Of a DNA stretch of 50,369 bases, positions 11,661 through 20,238 are shown piece after piece (the first letter of the stretch is position 1; each line of letters opens with the position of its first letter). The position numbers and the translations under genes were made by a program. The notes beneath the pieces were generated by a model. That model searched no databases. It was not told where the DNA came from and saw only the letters and a list, made by a program, of their open reading frames with translations. Source of the DNA: Sporosarcina sp. (GTDB taxonomy: Bacteria > Bacillota > Bacilli > Bacillales_A > Planococcaceae); contig JARIDM010000070.1 of assembly GCA_029263945.1 (NCBI GenBank), forward strand, positions 1 to 50,369. The letters are read 5' to 3'.

Positions 11661-11703
11661 AAAAGCTATTTTGTAACCAATTAGGTTATAAAATAGCTTT
11701 TTT
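11661..11703 (+). terminator. terminator after tRNA-Met
   Basis: AAAAGCTATTTTGTAACC-aatta-GGTTATAAAATAGCTTTT hairpin plus T-run. Confidence 0.8.
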
Positions 11704-11775
11704 GTATAGATTCTCTACATATTGTGACACAACGGGTCAAAAATAAGCCCTTTATAAAAAGACCCTTTCCATACG

Positions 11776-11815
11776 AAAAAGCGGTAAACTTGAACCACTT
11801 CAAGTTTACCGCTTA
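11776..11815 (-). terminator. terminator after yabR
   Basis: AAGCGGTAAACTTGAA-ccac-TTCAAGTTTACCGCTT perfect stem, A-run on the left. Confidence 0.8.
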
Positions 11816-11856
11816 TTTATATGAATCATTTTTCTTACATTGAATAGTATAGCAAG

Positions 11857-12306
11857 TTAACTTCTTCTTGCGCCGCGACCTCCGCGTTTTGATTCTGTCG
11901 CTCTTTTCAAAGTAGTCAGGCGCTCTTCACTGTCTTTCATGAAACGTGCCATTTTCTGTTCAAAGTTTTCTGGACGTGGGGCACTTGAAGGACGGCTTCC
12001 TGGACGACTTCCACCTCCGCCACTTCCACCACTTGGACGTGGTCGTTGTGGACGCTGAGGACGTTCTGACTCAGGCTTTGCTCTTCTGATTGAAAGACCA
12101 ATCTTCCCATCTGCACCTACGTTCATCACTTTAACTTCAACCATATCGCCGACTTTAAAGTGTTCGTTAATGTCTTTAACATAACTATCTGCGACTTCAC
12201 TAATATGGACCAGGCCTGTCGAACCATTCGGTAGCTCAACAAACGCTCCGAAGTTTGTGATCCCTGTTACCTTACCTTGTAACTTGCTATCTACTTCAAT
12301 TGACAT
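11857..12306 (-). CDS. yabR: S1-domain RNA-binding protein
   Basis: GKVTGITNFGAFVEL...GLVHISEV; KRGGRG C-terminus; position after divIC. Confidence 0.93.
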   Translation of the reverse strand: MSIEVDSKLQGKVTGITNFGAFVELPNGSTGLVHISEVADSYVKDINEHFKVGDMVEVKVMNVGADGKIGLSIRRAKPESERPQRPQRPRPSGGSGGGGSRPGSRPSSAPRPENFEQKMARFMKDSEERLTTLKRATESKRGGRGARRS

Positions 12307-12407
12307 AAAAAAAATGCTCCTCCTTAAGATTTAAGCGGGCTTCGCAAAAATTGGAAGCCTTCTAACCATATTCATCAGTCCATTAAACAGACTAGGTTCT
12401 TACCTCT

Positions 12408-12435
12408 ATTATAACGAACAAAAAAAGAGTGTCAA
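12408..12435 (-). promoter_or_regulatory. sigma-A promoter upstream of yabR
   Basis: TTGACA-16 nt-TATAAT on the minus strand. Confidence 0.7.
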
Positions 12436-12440
12436 TAAGA

Positions 12441-12860
12441 CTACTCTTTTTCAACAGCTTTCTTTTTGCTATTCTTACTATTTTTAGGTAGTGAAAATAT
12501 AATTTCATTCTTATCAGACAAGAAATATTCCTGTCTAGCAAGCTTTGCAATGTATTCATCATCATTCAACTTTGTAAGTTGACTCGTCAATATCTCTTGT
12601 TCTGCTTCTTTTTCAGCAAGTTCTTCAAGCAATAGTTGTTTTTCTTCTTCTTTTGCTGCAAGCAAACTCTTCTGATTTATAAACGTATAGGTCAAGACGC
12701 TTAGTATGATCACTGCTACCAGTGAAAAAACAGCTAGTCTACGGTACAAACGTACTTTTCGCGCCCTTTTCCGATCTTTTTTCTCTTGCAAGGAGCGGAC
12801 ATATTCATTTTTAATTGACGCAACATTCGTTGGCGATTTTCTTTCTTGTTTTTTTACCAT
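12441..12860 (-). CDS. divIC: cell division protein DivIC (FtsB family)
   Basis: Basic N-terminus, one TM, coiled coil, LNDDEYIAKLAR. Confidence 0.93.
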   Translation of the reverse strand: MVKKQERKSPTNVASIKNEYVRSLQEKKDRKRARKVRLYRRLAVFSLVAVIILSVLTYTFINQKSLLAAKEEEKQLLLEELAEKEAEQEILTSQLTKLNDDEYIAKLARQEYFLSDKNEIIFSLPKNSKNSKKKAVEKE

Positions 12861-12915
12861 GTCTGCATTTCCCTCCCAAAATAAACCCTATCGTTAGTCG
12901 TCTGCCCATTATACC

Positions 12916-13383
12916 TCATTTCGCTTGTTTTTCAAAGCTTTTTCTGAAGGGCGAACTGAATATTCTAACAATTATAGTCGATAGCAGAAGAATGCCTTTC
13001 ACAATAAAAGAAAATATATGCAAAAAAGCCGAGATGATTAGGTGAAGTATAAACCAAATCGGCTTCAATAAGAGGACTAAAATAATCCGACCAACCAAGC
13101 GGATCGGCTTATGAAATAGGCTTATATAAAGCAATATGCCACTCAATTGAGCAAAAGGGTCATAAATACGCCATGCACCATCTCGGATTACATATAGAAC
13201 CCAAAACGTCCAACACCCCGCAATAAGCCATCCGAATACTTCAAAGACTGCCGAATACTTCCGAACAAACGATTTCTTTCCAGTCGATGTAGTTCCTATG
13301 CCAATCATATCAATAAAAGCCGCCGTCACAATGCCCGTTCCAATCATTATGAGGAGACTTAAAAACTGTACAGATAAACTCAT
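12916..13383 (-). CDS. yabQ: spore cortex biosynthesis protein YabQ
   Basis: MSLSVQF N-terminus, multi-TM, GAWRIY; overlaps the yabP stop. Confidence 0.85.
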   Translation of the reverse strand: MSLSVQFLSLLIMIGTGIVTAAFIDMIGIGTTSTGKKSFVRKYSAVFEVFGWLIAGCWTFWVLYVIRDGAWRIYDPFAQLSGILLYISLFHKPIRLVGRIILVLLLKPIWFILHLIISAFLHIFSFIVKGILLLSTIIVRIFSSPFRKSFEKQAK

Positions 13384-13676
13384 CCAAATAATTTATGGAG
13401 GAAACCACGAGAGCCTGCATCATCTTCGTCATATTGCATCAGGCTAACTGTTCCTTCCAATGTGAGCAACCCTTTATCGACATCTAAATGAACGATGCGT
13501 AATTCCTCACCATTAATTTGTAGGACACCTTGCGATGTGCGAACGAGAAACTCCTCATGATCGAAACGATCGATTGACTTTACGGATGTAATATCCATTC
13601 GTTTTCGATTTCTCATTGTAACTACATGATCACCTGACGGAATTGCGTAAGTTGGACTGTCTGTTTGTATTTGCAT
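13380..13676 (-). CDS. yabP: sporulation protein YabP
   Basis: HVVTMRNRKRMDITSVKSIDRFD...GFLHKLFG. Confidence 0.92.
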   Translation of the reverse strand: MQIQTDSPTYAIPSGDHVVTMRNRKRMDITSVKSIDRFDHEEFLVRTSQGVLQINGEELRIVHLDVDKGLLTLEGTVSLMQYDEDDAGSRGFLHKLFG

Positions 13677-13708
13677 ATTCTTCCTCCTCTGCTTGTACGT
13701 TCACAAAC

Positions 13709-13737
13709 ATCTTATGTAGGAGGATGACACAATATGC
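13709..13737 (-). promoter_or_regulatory. sigma-E promoter of yabPQ
   Basis: GCATATT-14 nt-CATAAGAT on the minus strand; yabPQ is sigma-E dependent in B. subtilis. Confidence 0.75.
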
Positions 13738-13751
13738 CCTAAATCTAATAC

Positions 13752-13785
13752 AAAAACACTACAACACAAGTTTATGTGTTGTAGT
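13752..13785 (-). terminator. terminator after yabO
   Basis: ACTACAACACA-agttta-TGTGTTGTAGT stem with T-run on the minus strand. Confidence 0.7.
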
Positions 13786-13817
13786 CGCAATAAACCCCAA
13801 TTATAAATTTAAGTGAA

Positions 13818-14075
13818 CTAGTCAACGGTTGTTTCGCTTAAAATTGTATACATCGACTCTGCTTCCTCTTTTTTCGTCGTGTTTTTGATCATCTCCACTT
13901 TGACAGTAACAACCTTTTGTCCAAAACGAATGGCAATTTCATCGCCAATCTTAATAACAGCAGATGCCTTAACAACAAGTCCGTTCACTTGAATTCTTCC
14001 CTGATCCGCGACTTCTTTCGCAAGCGTTCTACGACGAATTAAGCGGGATACTTTTAAATACTTATCGATTCTCAT
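13818..14075 (-). CDS. yabO: S4-domain protein YabO/RqcP
   Basis: [21 protein letters not shown]. Confidence 0.93.
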   Translation of the reverse strand: MRIDKYLKVSRLIRRRTLAKEVADQGRIQVNGLVVKASAVIKIGDEIAIRFGQKVVTVKVEMIKNTTKKEEAESMYTILSETTVD

Positions 14076-15546
14076 CGTTTACGTCCTCTCCATTCTTTTT
14101 AGCTAACTGCCAATACTGTTCAAGCTCATCAAGGCTATGCGCAGCAAATGTACGTTCACTTTCTTTTACACATTGTTCGACAAACGTGAATCGTGTCTTG
14201 AATTTCATGTTCGCATGAAGCATCGCCTCTTCTGGTGATAACTTTAAAAACCTCGCAATATTCACAAGCGTAAAGAGAACGTCCCCTATTTCATCGAGTT
14301 GCCGTTCTTTATCTCCATTTTCCACTTCATATTGAAACTCTTGCCACTCTTCCTCAAACTTCTCAAATGCGCCGTTTATATCAGCCCAATCAAAACCTAC
14401 TTTGGCTGCTTCTTTCTGGAAATTAAACGAAGTAAGCAGTGAAGAAGTATGTCGTTCTTGTGCCGCTAATAAGGACTCAATTTGTGGCTTCTCCTTTTGC
14501 TTAATGGCTTGCCAGTTCTTCACAACTTCATCAGCACTTGTAACAGTCTTATCTCCAAACACATGTGGATGACGACGAATCATTTTAGCACCGATTGCTT
14601 CCAAAACATCTTCCATTGCAAAATAGCCCTCATCCTCACCGATTTGTGCATGAAGGAAAACTTGTAACAACACATCCCCTAGCTCTTCAATGACCGCTTC
14701 ATCATCTGCTTGCTCAATTGCTTCGAGTAATTCATGGGTTTCTTCTATTAAATAACGTTTGAGTGATGTATGCGTCTGCTCTCGGTCCCACGGACAACCA
14801 TCTGGTGCACGAAGCGTTGCAATAACCTCCCTTAACGTTGCCCATTCTTTCAAACGGTTTTCAAGCTTCTCCACAGGAGGTACATAAATGGTCGTTAAAT
14901 TATCAATTTCAGTCACGCGGTCTAATTCAAATAACGGGACTGTTTTTAGCAACTCACTTTTTGAGCCAGCTGCCGTAACAATAGTTACTGGATGATCGTA
15001 CGTGTACTTTTCCATCAATGATAGCTTCACTTCAGAAGCGATAAACGAATCATAGACTTGTCCAATCAGAACGTGTTGTGTCATTTGCACATCGTCACGT
15101 TGCAAATCAGTTCCATCAAGCAATTGAAAGCCTTCTATCGGATCCATGCGGACTGCAGCAAAAATGGGATCCAAAAAACTATTTCCGCCGACAATATCCA
15201 GGTTGATAAGTCCTGCCCGCTCTTTTTCAACTAGTAATTGTACGGTTTGTTCTGCGACAAGCGGATGTCCCGGCACGACATAAGTGACGGATCGCTCTTC
15301 ACATAAAGTCATTAACGCTTCAACAATTTCTTCATAAACTTGATGGAAAGCATCATTCTTTTCATAAATCTCGTCAAAACTATCAATCACCATGCCTTCG
15401 TTTCTCAATTCAGCAACAGCGGGATGTTGATCTGTTCGTGCAACGATAAAGTCGGCAGCTTTTAACTTTCGATAAGTCCCTAAAGATAGCTGATCTAAAT
15501 CTCCCGCACCAAGTCCAATGACTGTTAAATGATTCATATTATTCAC
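14062..15546 (-). CDS. yabN: tetrapyrrole methylase-MazG fusion protein
   Basis: [15 protein letters not shown], then MazG motifs [27 protein letters not shown]. Confidence 0.93.
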   Translation of the reverse strand: MNNMNHLTVIGLGAGDLDQLSLGTYRKLKAADFIVARTDQHPAVAELRNEGMVIDSFDEIYEKNDAFHQVYEEIVEALMTLCEERSVTYVVPGHPLVAEQTVQLLVEKERAGLINLDIVGGNSFLDPIFAAVRMDPIEGFQLLDGTDLQRDDVQMTQHVLIGQVYDSFIASEVKLSLMEKYTYDHPVTIVTAAGSKSELLKTVPLFELDRVTEIDNLTTIYVPPVEKLENRLKEWATLREVIATLRAPDGCPWDREQTHTSLKRYLIEETHELLEAIEQADDEAVIEELGDVLLQVFLHAQIGEDEGYFAMEDVLEAIGAKMIRRHPHVFGDKTVTSADEVVKNWQAIKQKEKPQIESLLAAQERHTSSLLTSFNFQKEAAKVGFDWADINGAFEKFEEEWQEFQYEVENGDKERQLDEIGDVLFTLVNIARFLKLSPEEAMLHANMKFKTRFTFVEQCVKESERTFAAHSLDELEQYWQLAKKNGEDVNDENR

Positions 15547-17131
15547 CTTTTCTTTTTGAAAGTCTTAATTGTAAGATGGCTAAACGCTTTCCAAACGGGA
15601 GCAGATACCACTCTTTTTCACTCATTATACGTGATTTCAAGATGACGTACAGGAAACTGGTAGCGCCAATTGCTGCAGAAGTGAGTGCGATTAAACTTGC
15701 ACTTATCCTCGGCGAGTAACGAACAAATATTACGGCATCCCCGATTAACATCCACGGGTAAACAATAATCACCATGAGTAAGGTTGCTACTAGAAGCCAT
15801 CCATAAAAACGGATTGGCGCTAATTGAATTGACCATACTTTTTTAAAGTAAATGATCAAACCAATAGTAATCACCACGAATGCAAGATTGCCCGCAATTG
15901 CTGCACCTGTAATTCCATATAAGGGAACAAAGTAGCCATTGGCAATGACCTTAATGATGACGCCGCTAATTAAGAGCAATGTGGGTATTTTAATTTTTCC
16001 AGCGCCTTGTAAAATAGCAGTAATCGGCAATATGAGTGACAGCCAAAAAATTTGTAATGAAAAAATAATGAGCGCAAACGACCCACTCTGCGTTTCAAAA
16101 AGCATTTCATTCACATAAGGTAGAACGAGCACCAACCCAACTGTTGCTCCCCAACCAAACAAAAAAGCTGTCCGGTAAGTGACGCGAACAAACGGCACCG
16201 CGTCTCTGCCACTCTTTTTTACAGCATGATGCGCAATAAGGGGAACAATTGCTAGTGCTAGTGTCGAAGCGATTAAAATACCCATTTGTACAAGGGGCTG
16301 TCCACGGTCATAGACACCTTTAAGTGCCATCGCCGCATTTTCTGTGAGCCCTGTGGCTAATAAAGTATTGTATACCGTGAATGAATCGACCAATTGAAAC
16401 AGCAATAAAATCAGCGAACTAGCACTGACACTTAGACTCACAATCGTCAATTCTTTAACGACAACCCACACCTTCACTTTTTCAAAAGTTCCCTTAAATT
16501 CATGACGGAAATAAAATGCCAAAATAAGTACACCTGCAGCTTCCCCTACCACAGCACCCCACATAGCCATTTCTCCTGCTTTGTAAAGGGAACCACCACG
16601 ACTTACGACGAGCCACGTCCCAATCAAAATAACCGCAACACGCGATGCCTGTTCTCCGACATTTGAAACCGCAACGGGAATCATTTGCCCTTCCGATTGA
16701 AAAGCGCCTTTCAACACAGCTAAAGCTGGCATAATTAGCACGATATAGGCACCGACTCGGAGAAGGGTCACAAGCTGCGGATCTCCCATCGCCTCCGCAA
16801 AGAATGGTGCAAAGCGCATTAAAATTATAAAAAACGTAACGGATATGAACAGTAAATAGATAAAAGCAATTCGCATCATCGCTTTCGATTCACCAGGACT
16901 TTTACTTCCTGCTAACAGTTTTGAAACGGCTACTGCAAAGCCATATGAAGTCCAAATAATGAATATACCAATAAACGGATAAACCTGCTGGTAAATGTAA
17001 AACCCTTTATCTCCAACTAAGTTTTGAAATGGAACGCGATAAACAGCACCTAGTATTTTTACGATAATGGCTGATATTGTTAGAATCGACGCACCTTTCA
17101 TGAACGTTTTCATATTCCATTGCTGCGCCAT
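15539..17131 (-). CDS. yabM: MurJ/SpoVB-family polysaccharide/lipid II flippase-like protein
   Basis: KILGAVYRVPFQNLVGDKG, GVYDRGQPLVQ, many TMs. Confidence 0.9.
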   Translation of the reverse strand: MAQQWNMKTFMKGASILTISAIIVKILGAVYRVPFQNLVGDKGFYIYQQVYPFIGIFIIWTSYGFAVAVSKLLAGSKSPGESKAMMRIAFIYLLFISVTFFIILMRFAPFFAEAMGDPQLVTLLRVGAYIVLIMPALAVLKGAFQSEGQMIPVAVSNVGEQASRVAVILIGTWLVVSRGGSLYKAGEMAMWGAVVGEAAGVLILAFYFRHEFKGTFEKVKVWVVVKELTIVSLSVSASSLILLLFQLVDSFTVYNTLLATGLTENAAMALKGVYDRGQPLVQMGILIASTLALAIVPLIAHHAVKKSGRDAVPFVRVTYRTAFLFGWGATVGLVLVLPYVNEMLFETQSGSFALIIFSLQIFWLSLILPITAILQGAGKIKIPTLLLISGVIIKVIANGYFVPLYGITGAAIAGNLAFVVITIGLIIYFKKVWSIQLAPIRFYGWLLVATLLMVIIVYPWMLIGDAVIFVRYSPRISASLIALTSAAIGATSFLYVILKSRIMSEKEWYLLPFGKRLAILQLRLSKRKGE

Positions 17132-17334
17132 ATTTATGCCTCTTTCTTTGTTTAATGCCTCTAGTATACCACCATCCGAAATGAGCAGTAAAATGGGTCA
17201 ATTTATCATGTGATGTTTATCTTTTCATAAAACGGGAAACAATGAATTAACAGAAAATTTATTCATGTATTCATTTTTACAGCCACTTACTCTTTCAAAT
17301 TTCGCTGTCAATTGTTACAATATTGTGTACATTA

Positions 17335-17356
17335 TGTCGCAATACAAATTTCGACA
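17335..17356. promoter_or_regulatory. pair of inverted Spo0A boxes
   Basis: TGTCGCA (17335-41, 6/7 match) and TTCGACA (17350-56, reverse complement of perfect TGTCGAA), just downstream of TG-n-TACAAT at 17313-21. Confidence 0.55.
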
Positions 17357-17457
17357 ACATACGCAAGATAGATAAGGTAGGATAGGCTTTGTGCATTTAA
17401 ATAGAAATCATATTAACTAAATTATAACTAGGAGAAACTATGCGGAGGGCAAAGAAA

Positions 17458-17616
17458 ATGATGCAGAAATTCATTTTATTAAAACAAATTAAATACAAAA
17501 AGAAATTGATGTACGTCAAAGCAAAAGAGTTCGGATTCACACATCCATCAGTTGTATCTTGCAGTCAGGAATTAGATTCTTTACTGAACAAATATCAAAA
17601 ATTTGAATTGAAATAA
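17458..17616 (+). CDS. Spo0E-family aspartyl-phosphate phosphatase (52 aa; alternative in-frame start 17440)
   Basis: Hand translation MMQKFILLKQIKYKKKLMYVKAKEFGFTHPSVVSCSQELDSLLNKYQKFELK with the SQELD signature; GGAGG RBS at 17444; below the ORF-track size cutoff. Confidence 0.88.
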   Translation: MMQKFILLKQIKYKKKLMYVKAKEFGFTHPSVVSCSQELDSLLNKYQKFELK

Positions 17617-17724
17617 ATACTGTACAACGTATTTCAAAAAGAAGTGAAGGGAAATCATAACTCCCATCACTTCTTTTTATTTTCGGCTAAAACGATACTT
17701 AGAGGGTAGGCGAAAGGTCCTGTT

Positions 17725-17839
17725 TTTCTGATAACGATCGGCTTTGTGCTGATACAGGCGCGAAAAGTGCTGATAAGTGAGGCGATTGTGCCGATAAGAC
17801 TACCAATATCGCTGATAAACGGGGGAACTTCGCTGATAA
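17725..17839. repeat. 21-bp periodic array, 6 x (GTG/TCG)CTGATAA with 11-nt variable spacers
   Basis: CTGATAA-like cores start at 17728, 17749, 17770, 17791, 17812, 17833. Confidence 0.9.
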
Positions 17840-17891
17840 CGTTATCTATTCCCAAAATCATACGTTATCTATTCCCAAAATCATACGTTAT
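17839..17891. repeat. 23-bp perfect tandem duplication
   Basis: ACGTTATCTATTCCCAAAATCAT x2 plus ACGTTAT. Confidence 0.95.
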
Positions 17892-18124
17892 TCAGTAGCT
17901 CTTTAAGGAACTTATTGCATCTTGATTCGTAGAAGACTAGATAGTAGTGTGAAGACAACATCGTAGACATAATTTCGTCCACGAAATTACGTTTAATTTT
18001 AGGAGAGGGAGAGTGGAATATAGAAACGAATGTTTTGAGCAAATGGCAAAAAATACGACCAGAAGACCGAATGGCATTAGTAGGGTTAACGCGAGTGATT
18101 AAGATTAGGAAAAGTAGGGATCCC

Positions 18125-18961
18125 ATGACATTGAAATCGGAACTTAAAACAATTAACTATGATACCGTCTTGAAGCAAAATAATGTAGATCATCTTATTG
18201 AAAGAATGTTGGACAATATTGGTTCTACGGACCCTGAACTCAGAGATACACTGATTTTTAACACACTGGGAAAATTAATTATCGAAGACTATTTAAATGA
18301 AAAGCAAATGGGATATATTTTAGAGGTTTGCCTTGATAAGCTGTTTCGGGGTATAGATGTAGTAGAAAGTGATTTAGTTTTCACTCGTTCTTTTTCTTCC
18401 TTAATTATCGGATTGCTCTTACAAAAGGACAGAGATAAACCTTTTTTAAAAGATGAAGTTGCTTTGAGAACCATCCAAAAAAGCAATGAGTATCTAATGC
18501 TTGAACAAGATACTCGCGGTTATGTGGAAAGGAAGGGTTGGGCACATAGCATTGCACACGGTGCTGATTTACTTGCCGAAGCGGTTAGACATCCCGCCTT
18601 TAACAATGAGCGATCGTTAGATTTTCTTGCGACCATTAAAGCATGCCTATTTAAAGAAGGGTCTTCCCAAGCACCTTTTTGTGATGATGAGGAAGAGCGG
18701 CTGATCTTTGTATTGGAAGCCCTCATCGAAAAAGGCCTAACAGATGAAGACGTTGTGATCTGGCTTTCGACTATTTCAGATGCCCTAGATCAGTTAAAAG
18801 ATAAAGAGGGTTATTGTTTAAATTTCTTTTGGAAAAGGTCTAACATTATCGATTTCTTAAGAGGGTTCTATTTCCGGCTTTTGTACAAAAATGCTAAGCC
18901 CACGCTAAGAACTTACATTTCTAAAACTCTTGCGTATTGGCATAAACAAGTATATAGCTAA
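18125..18961 (+). CDS. DUF2785-like alpha-helical protein
   Basis: IGSTDPELRD, VFTRSFSSL, DTRGYVERKGWAHSIAHGADLL, DDEEERL are motifs I recognise from DUF2785; ATG 18125 preferred over TTG 18035. Confidence 0.75.
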   Translation: MTLKSELKTINYDTVLKQNNVDHLIERMLDNIGSTDPELRDTLIFNTLGKLIIEDYLNEKQMGYILEVCLDKLFRGIDVVESDLVFTRSFSSLIIGLLLQKDRDKPFLKDEVALRTIQKSNEYLMLEQDTRGYVERKGWAHSIAHGADLLAEAVRHPAFNNERSLDFLATIKACLFKEGSSQAPFCDDEEERLIFVLEALIEKGLTDEDVVIWLSTISDALDQLKDKEGYCLNFFWKRSNIIDFLRGFYFRLLYKNAKPTLRTYISKTLAYWHKQVYS

Positions 18962-19026
18962 ATAATTCCTGACGTGCAGCAGTTCTCTTACTCGCTAGGT
19001 CAGAATAAAAACTGGAGGTTGTTACC

Positions 19027-19512
19027 TTGCGTATTGTCATTCGTGAGATGGTAAACGAAGATATTAAGGATGTTCAAAAGATCGCTACACAAAGTTGGCA
19101 TACAACATATAAAGGAATTATTCCCTATAACATTCAAGAAAACTTTCTAAACACGGCATATAGCTATGACATGATGAGAAAACGGTTAGCTAATTCCTAC
19201 TTATTTGTTGCGGAGGAAAAAAACCAAGTGGTTGGTTTTGCTGATTTCTCAACAGTTACTCACAAAGGTCAAGGAAATTTAAATGCAATTTATCTTCTTT
19301 CGACTAGTCAAGGAAATGGGATAGGTACGGCACTTTTACAAAAAGGCATTGAGGAAATTGGGCATGTAGAGGAAATTTATGTTGAAGTAGAAAAGGAAAA
19401 TAAAATGGGTATCCATTTTTATAAAGCAAAAGGGTTTAAGACAGTGAAAGAATACGATGATAACTTTGACGGCCATATACTAAAGACTGTTCAAATGGTT
19501 TTAAAACTGTAA
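19027..19512 (+). CDS. GNAT-family N-acetyltransferase
   Basis: QGNGIGTALL acetyl-CoA motif, N...FYKAKGF; GGAGG RBS before TTG. Confidence 0.9.
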   Translation: MRIVIREMVNEDIKDVQKIATQSWHTTYKGIIPYNIQENFLNTAYSYDMMRKRLANSYLFVAEEKNQVVGFADFSTVTHKGQGNLNAIYLLSTSQGNGIGTALLQKGIEEIGHVEEIYVEVEKENKMGIHFYKAKGFKTVKEYDDNFDGHILKTVQMVLKL

Positions 19513-19796
19513 CGCTCTTAATTAGAATCGAAGGCGTACATGATGAATCCGGATGCGTAAGCCTATTAGAATGCCCCCAAAAATTTGAATGAGTTCCGTG
19601 CTGTTATATATTGGTTCGTACAAATACATGTGAAGATGTAACTGAGTCGATTTCATAATGACCTTAATTTCTACAACGACGTGACATATAGTTTGGAAAC
19701 GGTTCTACTCAACTATACGTTGAGGTAGTGGAGCAATAAACCCCTATTATGAAATTGATTGAACTGCCAAATCATTTAACCGACGACTAAAGATTG

Positions 19797-20066
19797 TTAT
19801 CTACTCCGTCGCTCCATTCTGTCTATTTTACTGGCCAGGTAATCTATTTGTTGTTGCATATCTTCTAATTGGTTTAGCACATTTGGAGAATCCTGTTCCG
19901 TATCACTTGCCTTTTCCAATTCTTGTAATGCTATTCCCGCGGCTATCGCTTGAAGGCCGTCGCCCAATGTAGATAGTGTACTTCCAATGAATGAAAGTTT
20001 CGCTGCATAAACTTCTGGCGACTCCACGTTTTGGCCCATGTCATTACTATTGCCATTTTTCATCAT
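19797..20066 (-). CDS. small hypothetical protein (amphipathic helix plus coiled coil)
   Basis: 89 aa, GAGGATG RBS, AKLSFIGSTLSTLGDGLQAIAAGIAL segment. Confidence 0.7.
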   Translation of the reverse strand: MMKNGNSNDMGQNVESPEVYAAKLSFIGSTLSTLGDGLQAIAAGIALQELEKASDTEQDSPNVLNQLEDMQQQIDYLASKIDRMERRSR

Positions 20067-20238
20067 TTCACATCCTCGATTATTTTATGGATTCTTATCA
20101 TATATATGAAACACATAACGAGAGAATGAAAGTTGTTAATTACGCAAAGGATTCCAACTGCGATGCAATAGATCAGGTTTTTAGGATGTTTAATTGACAA
20201 GACAACAATCTTCATTTCAAAACCTAGGAGGCACGATT

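Noticed and set aside
17725-17839. 21-bp array (and the 20-bp array at 23941-24060) as CRISPR
   Set aside because: Repeats of about 10 nt and spacers of about 9-11 nt are far below CRISPR sizes, and there are no cas genes in the window
17667-17861. 64-aa minus-strand ORF with an IS/IG heptad pattern
   Set aside because: The periodicity is a by-product of the 21-bp array, its start lies in the 23-bp duplication, and it has no RBS
19513-19796. Possible pseudogene remnant after the GNAT gene
   Set aside because: Only short open stretches with no recognisable motif; cannot be supported without a search
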